This document shows positions 19,331 through 29,742 of a DNA stretch of 64,000 nucleotides, in pieces. The stretch comes from Methanomassiliicoccaceae archaeon (GTDB lineage: Archaea; Thermoplasmatota; Thermoplasmata; Methanomassiliicoccales; Methanomassiliicoccaceae), in contig JAXGZN010000002.1 of assembly GCA_040776945.1 (NCBI GenBank), positions 160,001-224,000 of the forward strand, given 5' to 3'. Under the pieces are notes generated by a model, which was not told the origin of the DNA, searched no databases, and worked only from the letters and a program-made list of their open reading frames with translations. The position numbers and the translations under genes were made by a program. Position 1 is the stretch's first letter, and every line of letters begins with the position of its first letter.

Positions 19331-20781
19331 CCAGTCCTCGCGCCTTCGGCCATGGCCTCGTAGGGAGGCCGCTGTCCGGTCCAGGCCTCGAAAGCATCCA
19401 TGGCTTGATAGATTAACATTTCCATCCCCGAGAGGGTCCTCGCTCCCCGGTTGCCCGCCTCGACCAGGAACCTCGTGGCCTCGGGATTGTACACCAGGTC
19501 CACTGCCCATTGGCCCGCCCGGAACGCAGATGGATCGACCGGGAGCTCGTCCGGGAAGCCTTTCATGCCGAGGGGGGTGCAGTTCACCAGCATGTCGAAG
19601 CCTACGGAGGCGACGTCCCCGTGGCCGGCCACCCGGCCGGAGAACCGCTTGGCCAGCTCCTGGGCTCTTGAGGCCGTGCGGTCGGTGACCCAGATCCGCG
19701 CCCCCCTCCGCTCGAGGACGACGCAGCATGCCTTGGCCGCGCCCCCCGCCCCGATCACCAGCACGTCCTTCCCCCGGGGGTCCGCCCCGGCGGCGAGCAT
19801 GGCCTTCTCCAGCCCGGTGACATCGGTGTTCCTGCCCTCCAACTTACCTCCGCGGTTCGTGATCACGTTCACTGCTCCCGCCCTTTCGGCCAGGGGCTCG
19901 ATCGTATCCAGCAGGGGCATGACCGCGGACTTGTGAGGTATCGTCACGTTCAACCCCCTTATCTGGAGGGCCCTCATAAGGTCTACAAGGCCCCCGAGCT
20001 CCTCCTCCCGCGCCGGGAACAGCAGGTACTTGCCTGGGAGCCCCAACGAGCGGAACGCGTGGTCGTGCATGGCCGGGGACCGCGAATGCGAGAGGGGCAT
20101 CCCGGTGAGGCCGGTGATGACGGGCCGGTCCCCAAGCGCCTTCAGCGTAGCCACGTCGAGCTGCCCCGGGGCGACCTCCCTCCCCTTCTCCAGGGAGGCA
20201 TAGGTGAACGCGCTGCCGAAGCAGGCCGGAAGGACCCTGGTAACCTCCCCCAGCGCTCCCATGCCTATCACCACGAAATGATTTCCGGTCGCGGAGAACA
20301 ATCTGGCCGCCTCATGGAGGCGCGCGAGGTCAGAAACGCTGTTCACCTGGAAGGCGACCTTGGCCACGTCCCCACGGGACGCCGTCGTGACCAACGCCTC
20401 CAATATGCCGGACAGTTCGGGGGTGCCGTTGAAGTCGTGGTACGAGGAGATTATCCCGGCGTTCTTCAGCTCCCGTCCAAGGCGCCGCACGATAGGCGAG
20501 TCGGCCTCGATGTCCACATATTCGAACCCTATGCGCAGGGCCCGTCGGAAGAACCGCAGCCGGTCATCGTCTCCCAGATCGCACATGCCGCCTTGTCCGG
20601 TCGTCCTCAGCGTGGCGATGCGCGGCAAGGTCAGCTTACGGAAGAGGGACAGGTCCTCGGGCAGCTTGGCCATGAGATCGAAGCGGACCTCCAGTAGGTC
20701 CGCTCCCCGCTCCTGCGCCGCCAGTCCCGCGGCCACCGCCTCCTTTATGCCCTGCTCTGCCAGAGATACGCAGACCTTCAT
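19327..20781 (-). CDS. type I 3-dehydroquinate dehydratase/shikimate dehydrogenase fusion (AroD-AroE)
   Basis: LEVRFD, ISSYHDF, MGALG, APGQ, then HSRSP.MH, NVTIPHK, NTD, GAGGAA, DLVYNP. Confidence 0.93.
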   Translation of the reverse strand: MKVCVSLAEQGIKEAVAAGLAAQERGADLLEVRFDLMAKLPEDLSLFRKLTLPRIATLRTTGQGGMCDLGDDDRLRFFRRALRIGFEYVDIEADSPIVRRLGRELKNAGIISSYHDFNGTPELSGILEALVTTASRGDVAKVAFQVNSVSDLARLHEAARLFSATGNHFVVIGMGALGEVTRVLPACFGSAFTYASLEKGREVAPGQLDVATLKALGDRPVITGLTGMPLSHSRSPAMHDHAFRSLGLPGKYLLFPAREEELGGLVDLMRALQIRGLNVTIPHKSAVMPLLDTIEPLAERAGAVNVITNRGGKLEGRNTDVTGLEKAMLAAGADPRGKDVLVIGAGGAAKACCVVLERRGARIWVTDRTASRAQELAKRFSGRVAGHGDVASVGFDMLVNCTPLGMKGFPDELPVDPSAFRAGQWAVDLVYNPEATRFLVEAGNRGARTLSGMEMLIYQAMDAFEAWTGQRPPYEAMAEGARTG

Positions 20782-21812
20782 CAGATCTCCATGATCGTCT
20801 CTTTGATGCTGTGCCCGAAGTGCCTGCCGCCCTCCTCCAGGCGAACCAGCACCCTCTGCCCGACCTGGAGGTCGGAGACCGATACCGGCCCGTCCGGCGT
20901 GCACAGCTTGATGGTCTCCGCGTTCTGTAGAATGGTGCTGAACCTTTTTCCATTTTCCCCCGCTTCGATCAGGACCAGCGGCCGGCGTTCGATCTTGTTC
21001 CTCCCGACCACAACCTTCCTGGACGCTCCGTCCGAGCTAACGGCCAATACCTCCTCGCCGCCCTTAAGCTCTGACAGGTACTTCGTGCGGCCGTTGGCCA
21101 TGAGCACATAGGAGTGCACCGCCCCCGCGTTGACCCTGAACGGCCTTGATGCCACGTACTCGGAGTCCGCGGCCTCGGAGCCGATGAGAAAGAGACAGGA
21201 GGACTGGGAGCCGACCAGCATCCCCTCCCCTATGCGCAGCAGGGAGCAGGTGTCCACGCAGGCTCGGTCACCCATCGTGAGGGGGACAATGCTCGTGATG
21301 GGGATCGATCCCAGCTCGATCCTCGGCGGGCCTTGGAGGTCCAGCGAGGTGAACGCCTGCAGCTCGGAGGGGCTCCCGGCCTCTATTACCACTCCGTCGG
21401 CGCCCTTCTCCATCGTTTCCATGAACAGCTTCGCTTCCGAGGGAGAGGAGGCGGACGCCAGCAGCTTGGTGTGCGAGCCCTGGAACTCGGCTATGAGGTT
21501 CTCCAGCGGGATGACCTTCCAGTCCTGTGAGCGGATTACCAAGAACCTGGTCCGGTCGCGGAAGGCCGAGGCCTTCTCCATGTCGTCCGGCCCGGATATC
21601 GTGACGATCGCTCCCACCCTCTCCCCGCCGGACATGATGTCGTCGCCGGCGACCACCAAGGGCTCGAAACGACCGAGGCGGGCCAGCGCCCGGTCGGTGT
21701 CCCGTATCATGATATTGGTGAGCCCGGCCTCCAGGGCCGATGACACCATGCTCTTCCGCTCCTCGTAGTCTCCGGGAAGGTCGGCCCGGACCCATATCAT
21801 CTTGGGGGACAT
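20781..21812 (-). CDS. 3-dehydroquinate synthase II (archaeal AroB')
   Basis: WKVIPLENLIA, GDRACVDT, RPFRVNAGAVHSY, LQNAETI, GRHFG. Confidence 0.94.
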   Translation of the reverse strand: MSPKMIWVRADLPGDYEERKSMVSSALEAGLTNIMIRDTDRALARLGRFEPLVVAGDDIMSGGERVGAIVTISGPDDMEKASAFRDRTRFLVIRSQDWKVIPLENLIAEFQGSHTKLLASASSPSEAKLFMETMEKGADGVVIEAGSPSELQAFTSLDLQGPPRIELGSIPITSIVPLTMGDRACVDTCSLLRIGEGMLVGSQSSCLFLIGSEAADSEYVASRPFRVNAGAVHSYVLMANGRTKYLSELKGGEEVLAVSSDGASRKVVVGRNKIERRPLVLIEAGENGKRFSTILQNAETIKLCTPDGPVSVSDLQVGQRVLVRLEEGGRHFGHSIKETIMEI

Positions 21813-21816
21813 AAGC

Positions 21817-22608
21817 TTACTCCAGCTGCTTCAACGCCTCGTCGACCTCGGCGTCGTGGAGGACGATATCCGCCACCGCCTTGGTGATACCCGTAACATT
21901 ACGGTGCTGAAAGATGTTGCGTCCGATGCTCACTCCCATGCCTCCCGCCTCCAGCGAGTCCTTAACCATCTGGAGGAGATCGCGGTCGGACGACATCTTG
22001 GGGCCGCCGGCTATCACCACCGGGATGATGGCCCCCCGGACCACCTCCCTGAAGGAGTCGATGTCCCCGGTGTACGAGGTCTTGATCACGTCCGCTCCCA
22101 ACTCCATCCCGGCGCGGGCGCACTGCTTGATAAGGTCCACGTCGTAGCCGTTCTTAATCTCCTTCCCCCGAGGGTAGATCATCACCAGAAGGGGCACGCC
22201 CCACTCATTGCACTCCCTGGCGATCTGGCCGAAGTCCCTCAGCATGTACGGCTCGGTGCTGGCGCCGATGTTGACGTGGATGGACACGGCGTCCGCCCCC
22301 ATCTTGATCGCTTCCTCCACCGTGGTGACCAGCACCTTGGAGTTGGGGTCCGGGGAGAGGGAGGTGGAGGCCGAAAGATGAACGATGAGGCCGATGTCCC
22401 GGCCGAAGCAACGATGGCCATAAGGCACCACGCCCTTGTGCATGACGACAGCGGTGGCCCCTCCCTGGGATACCTTGTCGATGGTCGCCTTCATGTCCAC
22501 GAGCCCTGCGATCGGCCCCATGGTGATGCCATGGTCCACGGGCACGATCACGGCCCGGCCAGTGTTCCTGTCGATGATCCGCTCCATGCGGATGCTCTTG
22601 CCTGACAT
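21817..22608 (-). CDS. 2-amino-3,7-dideoxy-D-threo-hept-6-ulosonate (ADH) synthase (archaeal AroA', DhnA-type aldolase)
   Basis: [30 protein letters not shown]; adjacent to DHQ synthase II. Confidence 0.92.
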   Translation of the reverse strand: MSGKSIRMERIIDRNTGRAVIVPVDHGITMGPIAGLVDMKATIDKVSQGGATAVVMHKGVVPYGHRCFGRDIGLIVHLSASTSLSPDPNSKVLVTTVEEAIKMGADAVSIHVNIGASTEPYMLRDFGQIARECNEWGVPLLVMIYPRGKEIKNGYDVDLIKQCARAGMELGADVIKTSYTGDIDSFREVVRGAIIPVVIAGGPKMSSDRDLLQMVKDSLEAGGMGVSIGRNIFQHRNVTGITKAVADIVLHDAEVDEALKQLE

Positions 22609-22800
22609 TGGTCTACGCCTCGCTTGCTAGACAATGTCTAGCACGTATATACTACTTATCACGAGCGCGGTCCTTTCGACCGGCGCTGACCGCACCGTTC
22701 TGAATGAGATAGGGGGAGAAAAAGATGTCCGCCGAGATGTTACAGAACCTCGGTGCGGTGACGATAACCCTTTTATCGCCTCGGTCAATCCTCAGACCGT

Positions 22801-23301
22801 ATGTGGTACTCCCTGTCCAAGTTCTTCGGCCGATATCCCTCGCAGGGCAAGGTTGCCAAGCTGCTGATGACCAGCGGCCTGCGGGTCAAGGACGGCCGGG
22901 TCTACTGCGGGGACGTGGAGATCGGCGACGTCGCCATCGCGAGGGCGGCCAAGGTCGATCGCAGGATCGTGCGAGCCGCGGTGGAGACCATAGAGGCCGA
23001 GGTGGAGCTACGCCAGGTGTTCTCGCTCCTCCGGCCGACGGCGATGCTGAAGGACGTAGCGTCGGTCATGGGATGGAGCTGCATCGAGGTCATACCGACC
23101 GACGCTCATGTGCCTGGCATAATCGCCGAGGTCACCAGCGTGATCGCCGAGGCCGGCATAAGCGTCAGGCAGGCCCTTGTAGACGATCCCGAGCTCAGCG
23201 AGGAGCCTAGGCTGTACATCATCACCGGAAGCGAGGTACCCCCGGAGATGATACCCCGGATAAAGGCCTGCCGGGGAGTGAAGAGCATAATCCTGCATTG
23301 A
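22801..23301 (+). CDS. ACT-domain predicted regulator of amino-acid metabolism (COG2150-like)
   Basis: IARAAKVDRRIV HTH-like segment plus ACT (PGIIAEVT..IAEAGISVRQ); divergent from the aro operon. Confidence 0.82.
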   Translation: MWYSLSKFFGRYPSQGKVAKLLMTSGLRVKDGRVYCGDVEIGDVAIARAAKVDRRIVRAAVETIEAEVELRQVFSLLRPTAMLKDVASVMGWSCIEVIPTDAHVPGIIAEVTSVIAEAGISVRQALVDDPELSEEPRLYIITGSEVPPEMIPRIKACRGVKSIILH

Positions 23302-23347
23302 GAGTGGTCCACTGGCCGCCCAACCAAGGGACCTGAGCTACGCGGGA

Positions 23348-24202
23348 GTGGCGTTCGCCATAGTCTCAATCTCCTTCGCCAGCATATTCATCCGGTGGAG
23401 CGAGGCGCCGGCGGTGATAATCGCCGCCTACCGCATGTTGTTCGCCGCGCTTATCCTCATGCCCTTCGCATTGAGGGAACAGCATCGCGAGGAGCTGCGG
23501 TGGCTGGAGAGGAGACAATGGTGGGCGGTTGCGGCCATCGGCACGGTCCTCGCGGTCCACTTCGTCGCCTTCAACGCCGCGTTGAAGGAAACGTCGGTGG
23601 CCGCGGCCACGGTGCTGGTGACCTGCCATCCCATAGTTGTCGGCATACTGGGATATATTTACCTAAGGGAAAGGCCCCGGCGCTCCGGAGCGGGCATCGC
23701 CCTGGGGATGGCGGGCGTGGTGGTCATATCCTCCGCCGACCTGTCCGCCGGCGCGCTATATGGCAACATCCTAGCGCTCGTCGGCATGCTCGCCGCAGCG
23801 TTCTATCTGCTGGGCGGGCGGGTACTGAGGCAGAGGATGTCGGTCATACCGTACGCGTTCCTGATCTATCTCGTCGCCGCCGCGGTCCTGTTCCTGGCGG
23901 CCATCGTGTCCGGCACCCCGCTCCGGCCGTACCCCGCAGACGAGTTCCTGCTCTTCCTGGCCCTGGCGGCGGTGTCGACCATCTTCGGCCACACGGTGCT
24001 CAACTGGTCGCTCCGGCACCTCCCGGCGGCGTTCGTCAGCCTCTCCATGCTCGGCGAGCCGGTCGGGGCCAGCATACTGGCCTGCCTGCTGCTGTCGGAG
24101 GCTCCCGGCCCGGGGACGCTCGCCGGCGGGGCCATGGTAATGGCCGGCATCCTGCTCACCGCCGGAGGCGCGCCTAGCGGTGATAGGACCCCAGATCGGT
24201 AA
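23348..24202 (+). CDS. DMT/EamA family transporter
   Basis: Two EamA repeats, AAYRM, GHTVLNW, LGEPVGA; start uncertain; 3' end overlaps carB. Confidence 0.88.
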   Translation: MAFAIVSISFASIFIRWSEAPAVIIAAYRMLFAALILMPFALREQHREELRWLERRQWWAVAAIGTVLAVHFVAFNAALKETSVAAATVLVTCHPIVVGILGYIYLRERPRRSGAGIALGMAGVVVISSADLSAGALYGNILALVGMLAAAFYLLGGRVLRQRMSVIPYAFLIYLVAAAVLFLAAIVSGTPLRPYPADEFLLFLALAAVSTIFGHTVLNWSLRHLPAAFVSLSMLGEPVGASILACLLLSEAPGPGTLAGGAMVMAGILLTAGGAPSGDRTPDR

Positions 24203-27200
24203 CGTCCATGGGCCCGGCGCGGGCGCGCTTCATGGCCGCCACGGTGGCCCGAGCCGCTTGCACCGTCGTGAGGAAAGGGATCTCCAGCTCCACCGCCAAG
24301 CGGCGCATCATGTATCCATCGCGCCTCGCTCCGGACGCCTCGCTCGGGGTATTGATGATGAGGTTGATGTCCCCCCCGCGCATGAGCCCCAGGGCGTCGG
24401 GGGCCATCTTCTGGGATATGGTGTAAACCGTGGTGGTCTGAAGCCCCCTCTCCCTCAGGAAGGTGGAGGTCCCCTTGGTGGCGTAGATGCAGAACCCCAT
24501 GTCCTGCAGTTCCCTGGCGATGTCCAGGATCTGCGGCTTGTCCGCATCGCTGACCGTGATGTAGACCCCGCCGCAGGAAGGCAGCTTAAGGCCCGCGGAT
24601 ATCAGCGCCTTGTAGCAGGCGGCGTCAAAGGTCTCGGCGATGCCCATGACCTCCCCGGTGGAGCGCATCTCCGGCCCGAGGATGGAGTCCACTCCCGGCA
24701 GCTTAAGGAACGGGAAGACGGACGCTTTCACGGCAACGTGGTCGTACCGGGCCACCCCGACGCACCCCAACTCTTTGAGCGAGCGGCCGAGCATCACCTT
24801 GGTGGCGATCTTGGCCAGCGGAACGCCGATGGCCTTGGACACGAAGGGCACGGTCCTCGAGGCCCGAGGATTGGCCTCGATCATATACACATCGCCGTCC
24901 TTTACCGCCAGCTGGAGGTTCAGCAGCCCCCGGATGTTCAGCCCCTTGGCCACCTTGTTGGATATGTCCACGATCTTGGAGACCATCAACGGCGAGAGCG
25001 TCTGCGGCGGCATGCTCATGGTGGCGTCCCCCGAGTGTACGCCGGCCTCCTCGATGTGCTCGAGCATGCCCCCTATGAACGAGTCCACCCCATCGGAGAC
25101 GACGTCGACATCGATCTCTATGGCATGGGAGAGGTACTTATCAACGAGGATCGGATGGGCCTTGGAGACCTTGACCGCTGTGGCGACATAGGTCCGCAGT
25201 TCCTCCTCGCAATACACGATCTCCATCGCCCGGCCGCCGATGACGTACGACGGGCGGACCAGGACGGGATACCCGATCTCGCTGGCGATGGCCCTCACCT
25301 CCTCGAAGGAATGCCCCGTGCCGGAGCGGGGCTGGAGGATGCCCAGCTTGTCCATCAGCGCGGAGAACAGCTTGCGGTCCTCCGCGGCGTCAACGTCCAT
25401 GGGGGAGGTGCCCAGCACCTTGGTCTTGGAACCCTCCAAGGCATTCATCAGAGGCATGGCCAGATTGATCGCGGTCTGCCCTCCGAACTGCAGGATCACG
25501 CCGTCAGCCCTCTCGTTCTCGATGACATTGAGGACATCCTCGAGCGTGAGCGGCTCGAAGTAAAGACGGTCGGAGATGTCGTAATCGGTGGACACGGTCT
25601 CCGGGTTGTTGTTGATGATGATCGCTTCCACGCCCTCCTCCTGGAGGGCCATGACCCCGTGCACGCACGCATAGTCGAACTCGATCCCCTGACCGATCCG
25701 TATGGGCCCTCCGCCGACTATGACCACCCTCTTCCTCTCCGATGGCCGGGCCTCGTTCTCTCTCTCATAGGTAGAGTAGAAATAGGGGGTCTCGGCCTCG
25801 AACTCGGCGGCGCAGGTGTCCACCATCTTATAGGTCGGCAGTATCCCCGCCTCCTTGCGCTCCCTGCGAACATCTTCTTCCGAACGTCCGGTCAGCTCAG
25901 CGATGACCCTGTCCGAGAAGCCCAGGCGCTTCGCGGCGCGCAGTACCTCCATGGCAAGCTCCCCGCCGTCCTTGAGCAAGACCTCCATATCCAGTATGTT
26001 CTTTATCTTGAACAGGAAGAAGGGGTCCCAGTTGGTGATGCGTGCGATCTCCTCAAGGTCCATCCCCCGGCGCAGGGCCTCGGCGATCACGAACAGCCTC
26101 TGGTCGGTGGCGACGGCCAGCTCCCTTCTCATCTGCTCCTCGGTCAGGCCCACCCTGTCGAGGTACTCCTGGTCGATCTCCAGGGAGCGCAGCGCCTTCA
26201 GCAGCCCCTCCTCGATGGTCCTCCCAATGGCCATTATCTCCCCGGTGCTCTTCATCTGCGTGCCCAGGGTGCGGTCCACGGTGCGGAACTTGTCGAACGG
26301 CCAGCGGGGGATCTTCAACACGACATAGTCGATGGTCGGCTCCAGCGCGGCAAAGGTCTTGCCGGTTATGCGGTTCGGTATCTCGTCCAAGGTATACCCC
26401 ACGGCTATCTTCGCGGCGACCCTCGCGATCGGGTAACCGGTCGCCTTGGAGGCGAGCGCGGAGGACCTCGATACACGGGGGTTGACCTCGATCACCCGGT
26501 ACTCCCTGGTCTTGGGGTCGAAGGCGAACTGGACATTGCAGCCCCCCTCGATCCCGAGTGCGCGGATGGTGTTGATGCTGGCGTTGCGAAGGCGCTGATG
26601 GTCCTCGTCGCTGAGGGTCACGGCCGGGGCGATGACGATGGACTCGCCGGTGTGGATGCCCATGGGGTCGAGGTTCTCCATGCTGCATATGATGATGCAG
26701 TTGTCCTTGGAGTCCCTCATCACCTCGTACTCGAACTCTTTCCAGCCGAGGACGCTCTCCTCGATCAGCACCTGGTGGATGCGCGAGTAGATCAGCCCGC
26801 GGCCGGCGATGACCTGCAGTTCCTCCTCGTTGTGGGCGATGCCCCCGCCGGTGCCGCCCAGAGTATACGCCGGACGGACCAGGACAGGGAACGAGCCGAT
26901 CTCACGGGCGGCCTGCATGGCCTCCTCGATGGAGTGCACCGTCTTGCTCTTGGGTATCGGCTCACCGATGCGGAGCATCATCTCCCGGAACAGCTCGCGG
27001 TCCTCGGACAGCGCTATGGCCTTCGGCTGGGTGCCCAGCAGGGCGATGCCCAGGCGCTCCAAGGTGCCGTTCTCCGCAAGCTCGGAGCATATGTTGAGCG
27101 CGGTCTGGCCGCCCATGCCTGACAGTATCCCGTCCACCTTCTCCTTCTCGGCGATGCGCGCCACCGTCTCCACGGTGAGCGGCTCCACGTACACCACGTC

Positions 27201-27380
27201 GGCGGTTTCCACGTCCGTCTGGATCGTTGCCGGGTTGGAGTTCACCAGTACGGTGGTGTAACCCTCCTCCCGCAGGGAGCGGCAGGCCTGGGTGCCGGAG
27301 AAGTCGAACTCCGCCGCTTGTCCGATGACTATTGGCCCGGAGCCGATGACCATGATCTTTCTCAGGTCGTCGCGCCTCAA
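24174..27380 (-). CDS. carB: carbamoyl-phosphate synthase large subunit
   Basis: IGSGPIVIGQAAEFDFSG, duplicated ATP-grasp domains, MGS domain. Confidence 0.98.
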   Translation of the reverse strand: MRRDDLRKIMVIGSGPIVIGQAAEFDFSGTQACRSLREEGYTTVLVNSNPATIQTDVETADVVYVEPLTVETVARIAEKEKVDGILSGMGGQTALNICSELAENGTLERLGIALLGTQPKAIALSEDRELFREMMLRIGEPIPKSKTVHSIEEAMQAAREIGSFPVLVRPAYTLGGTGGGIAHNEEELQVIAGRGLIYSRIHQVLIEESVLGWKEFEYEVMRDSKDNCIIICSMENLDPMGIHTGESIVIAPAVTLSDEDHQRLRNASINTIRALGIEGGCNVQFAFDPKTREYRVIEVNPRVSRSSALASKATGYPIARVAAKIAVGYTLDEIPNRITGKTFAALEPTIDYVVLKIPRWPFDKFRTVDRTLGTQMKSTGEIMAIGRTIEEGLLKALRSLEIDQEYLDRVGLTEEQMRRELAVATDQRLFVIAEALRRGMDLEEIARITNWDPFFLFKIKNILDMEVLLKDGGELAMEVLRAAKRLGFSDRVIAELTGRSEEDVRRERKEAGILPTYKMVDTCAAEFEAETPYFYSTYERENEARPSERKRVVIVGGGPIRIGQGIEFDYACVHGVMALQEEGVEAIIINNNPETVSTDYDISDRLYFEPLTLEDVLNVIENERADGVILQFGGQTAINLAMPLMNALEGSKTKVLGTSPMDVDAAEDRKLFSALMDKLGILQPRSGTGHSFEEVRAIASEIGYPVLVRPSYVIGGRAMEIVYCEEELRTYVATAVKVSKAHPILVDKYLSHAIEIDVDVVSDGVDSFIGGMLEHIEEAGVHSGDATMSMPPQTLSPLMVSKIVDISNKVAKGLNIRGLLNLQLAVKDGDVYMIEANPRASRTVPFVSKAIGVPLAKIATKVMLGRSLKELGCVGVARYDHVAVKASVFPFLKLPGVDSILGPEMRSTGEVMGIAETFDAACYKALISAGLKLPSCGGVYITVSDADKPQILDIARELQDMGFCIYATKGTSTFLRERGLQTTTVYTISQKMAPDALGLMRGGDINLIINTPSEASGARRDGYMMRRLAVELEIPFLTTVQAARATVAAMKRARAGPMDVTDLGSYHR

Positions 27381-28459
27381 TGCTTACCCTCCAAGGTGTC
27401 CATGAACTCGTCGAACAGATAGGTGGTGTCCTGGGGGCCCGACCTCGCTTCTGGATGGTACTGCACGGACATTATCGGAAGCTCAGTGTGTCTCATGCCG
27501 TCCACCGTGCCGTCGTTGACGTTGATGTGGTCAGCGATGAACCCGGTGCCGCTCAAGGACTCCATGTCCACCGCGTACCCGTGGTTCTGAGCAGTGATGA
27601 ACACCTGGCCGTTGTGCTTGACCGGCTGGTTCACTCCCCGGTGGCCGAACTTCATCTTATAGGTACGCCCGCCGAACGCGAGGGCCAGCAGTTGGTTCCC
27701 CAGGCAGATGCCCATGAGCGGGTAGTCGTCCTTTAGTTCGCGGAGCGTCCTGACGGTGTTCGTGATCATCTCCGGGTGGGCCGGGTCCCCCGGCCCATTG
27801 GATATGAATATGCCGTCCAGCTCCTCACCCCGGAACCATGATGCCGGGGTGTTCCACGGCACCTGCACCACGCTGAACCTCCGCGTAAGCTCGTTCACGA
27901 TGCTCCTCTTCACCCCGCAGTCGATGAGGGCGACGCGCTTCTTTCCCTCGTTCTCATAGCGCAGCACCTCGGGGGTGGAGACCTCTGCCACCAGGTTGCT
28001 GTCCGAAGGATATCTCATCTTCCTAACCTTCTCCAGCACCTCTTGGGGGTCGTCATGGAAAGAGATGGCGCCCCGGAGGGTCCCGCGCTCGCGTATGCCG
28101 ATGATGATCGACCGGGTGTCCAGCTCTGAGATCCCAGGCGCTTCGCTGGCCCTCATATAATCGTCGAGTTCCCGCCCGCCGTACATCCGGGAGGCCTTCC
28201 GGCAGAGCTGCCTTACCGCGAAGCCGGTCACCTGCACCCGGGACGACTCCGTGTATCGATCGTCGACGCCGTAGTTCCCGATGACAGGGTGGGACATGAT
28301 AAGAATCTGGCCTTTGTAAGAAGGATCGGTAAGGCTCTCCTGATAGCCGGCCATGCCAGTATTGAACACGACCTCGCCGTATACGGTCTTCCCAAAACCA
28401 AAGCCAGTGCCCTCAGCGATTGTCCCGTTCTCAAGGATGAGGTGGCACTGTTTTACCAT
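27377..28459 (-). CDS. carA: carbamoyl-phosphate synthase small subunit
   Basis: GEVVFNTGM.GYQE.LTDPSY, SNGPGDP, GICLG, QYHPE. Confidence 0.97.
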   Translation of the reverse strand: MVKQCHLILENGTIAEGTGFGFGKTVYGEVVFNTGMAGYQESLTDPSYKGQILIMSHPVIGNYGVDDRYTESSRVQVTGFAVRQLCRKASRMYGGRELDDYMRASEAPGISELDTRSIIIGIRERGTLRGAISFHDDPQEVLEKVRKMRYPSDSNLVAEVSTPEVLRYENEGKKRVALIDCGVKRSIVNELTRRFSVVQVPWNTPASWFRGEELDGIFISNGPGDPAHPEMITNTVRTLRELKDDYPLMGICLGNQLLALAFGGRTYKMKFGHRGVNQPVKHNGQVFITAQNHGYAVDMESLSGTGFIADHINVNDGTVDGMRHTELPIMSVQYHPEARSGPQDTTYLFDEFMDTLEGKH

Positions 28460-28618
28460 CGAGATTTTGAAGAATAGGAGTGTTGTACTTAAGGTTTGGC
28501 ATCTCTCGGCGGACACGCCGGGGGGCGGAGGTCGGGGTCCGGCGATGCTCTCGATCGGCCAGCCCCTCGCTCCCCCCTTCCCGCAGTTCTAATATAATGA
28601 TAGCCCAATGAACGGCCC

Positions 28619-29659
28619 ATGCGCGTGCTCCACCAAGATCGCCAGGCCGGGGAGATCAAAGTGCAAGTGGAGACGCTGGACGACCTATGGCATCTCTATA
28701 ACATCATCGTCCCCGGCGACGTCATCATCTCCGTCACCTACCGCCGGGACGAGTCCAAGACCGACAAGCTGAGGGCGGAGAGGGGGGAGAAGAAGCGCAT
28801 GGTCTTGGGCATCAGGGCCGAGAACATCGAGTTCCAGGAGTCCGAGAACAGGCTGCGCGTCCACGGGATCATCGCCGAGGGGCCGCAGGACGTGGGCTCC
28901 TACCACACTCTGAACCTCGGCGAGGCGGATGTCCTCACCATCCGCAAGGAGCACTGGGAGGCGGCGGTGCTCGACAGGGTCAGGAGGGCGGTGGAGGATT
29001 CCAAGAAGCCTAAGATACTGTTCGTGGCGCTGGAGAACGATGAGGCGGTCATCGCCATCGCCCGCCAGTTCGGGATACAGGAGATCGCCCGCATCTACGC
29101 CCCGTCCTCGGGAAAGATGTACGAGCAGAAGGACGGGGGCAACTTCTACGACGACATAGTGGAGAAGGTCAAGCAGTCCGCGGAGCCCGGCGTGCCGCTG
29201 GTGATCCTCGGGCCCGGCTTCGCCAAGGAGGCGCTGCTGAACCGGGGCAAGGAGCGCGAGCCCGAGCTGTTCAGGGGCGCGCACATCTATCACACCGGGC
29301 AGGCGGGAATGGCCGGGGTGCACGAGCTGATGAAGGCCGGCCTTGGCACTGAGGTCGTGCAGAGCTCGAGGGCGGCCCTGGAGACCAAGCTGGTTGAGGA
29401 CGTGCTGACGGAGATCGCGCGGAACGGCCCGGTGGCCTATGGGCCGGAGGAGGTCCAGTGGGCGGTCTCCCTGGGCGCGGTGGACACGCTGATCGTCCTG
29501 GACAGCGCGGTCCGCAAGAACCTATATGGGCCGTTGATGTCGTCGGTGGAGAACGCCCGAGGCAAGGTCGTGGTGGTGAGCGAGCGCTTCGAGGCCGGGG
29601 TAAAGCTCGAGGCCCTGGGGGGCGTCGCCGCCCTGCTGAGGTTCAAGCTCCCGGAATGA
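28619..29659 (+). CDS. pelA: pelota (Dom34) ribosome-rescue factor
   Basis: ETLDDLWHL, RLRVHG.I, YHTL, GPGFAK, LGGVAALLRF. Confidence 0.95.
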   Translation: MRVLHQDRQAGEIKVQVETLDDLWHLYNIIVPGDVIISVTYRRDESKTDKLRAERGEKKRMVLGIRAENIEFQESENRLRVHGIIAEGPQDVGSYHTLNLGEADVLTIRKEHWEAAVLDRVRRAVEDSKKPKILFVALENDEAVIAIARQFGIQEIARIYAPSSGKMYEQKDGGNFYDDIVEKVKQSAEPGVPLVILGPGFAKEALLNRGKEREPELFRGAHIYHTGQAGMAGVHELMKAGLGTEVVQSSRAALETKLVEDVLTEIARNGPVAYGPEEVQWAVSLGAVDTLIVLDSAVRKNLYGPLMSSVENARGKVVVVSERFEAGVKLEALGGVAALLRFKLPE

Positions 29660-29726
29660 GCGCGCTAGGACGTCTCGCGCGCGCAGCCCCACCGCAGCGC
29701 GGCCGTGGACGAAGGCGGACTGCGAA

Positions 29727-29742
29727 AAAGTTATTTATATAA
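29727..29742 (+). promoter_or_regulatory. putative BRE/TATA promoter of the synthase-isomerase operon
   Basis: AT-rich AAAGTTATTTATATAA in GC-rich DNA, about 215 nt upstream of ATG 29955. Confidence 0.55.

Noticed and set aside
24180-27122. 980-aa plus-strand ORF, and similar long ORFs at 1439-3415, 13639-15225 and 15781-17067
   Set aside because: Antisense shadows of well-supported GC-rich genes (carB, lysC, asd, aroC) with no motifs of their own
28518-28580. Imperfect G-rich/C-rich inverted repeat between carA and pelota
   Set aside because: Many mismatches in very GC-rich DNA and no second copy noticed; compatible with chance
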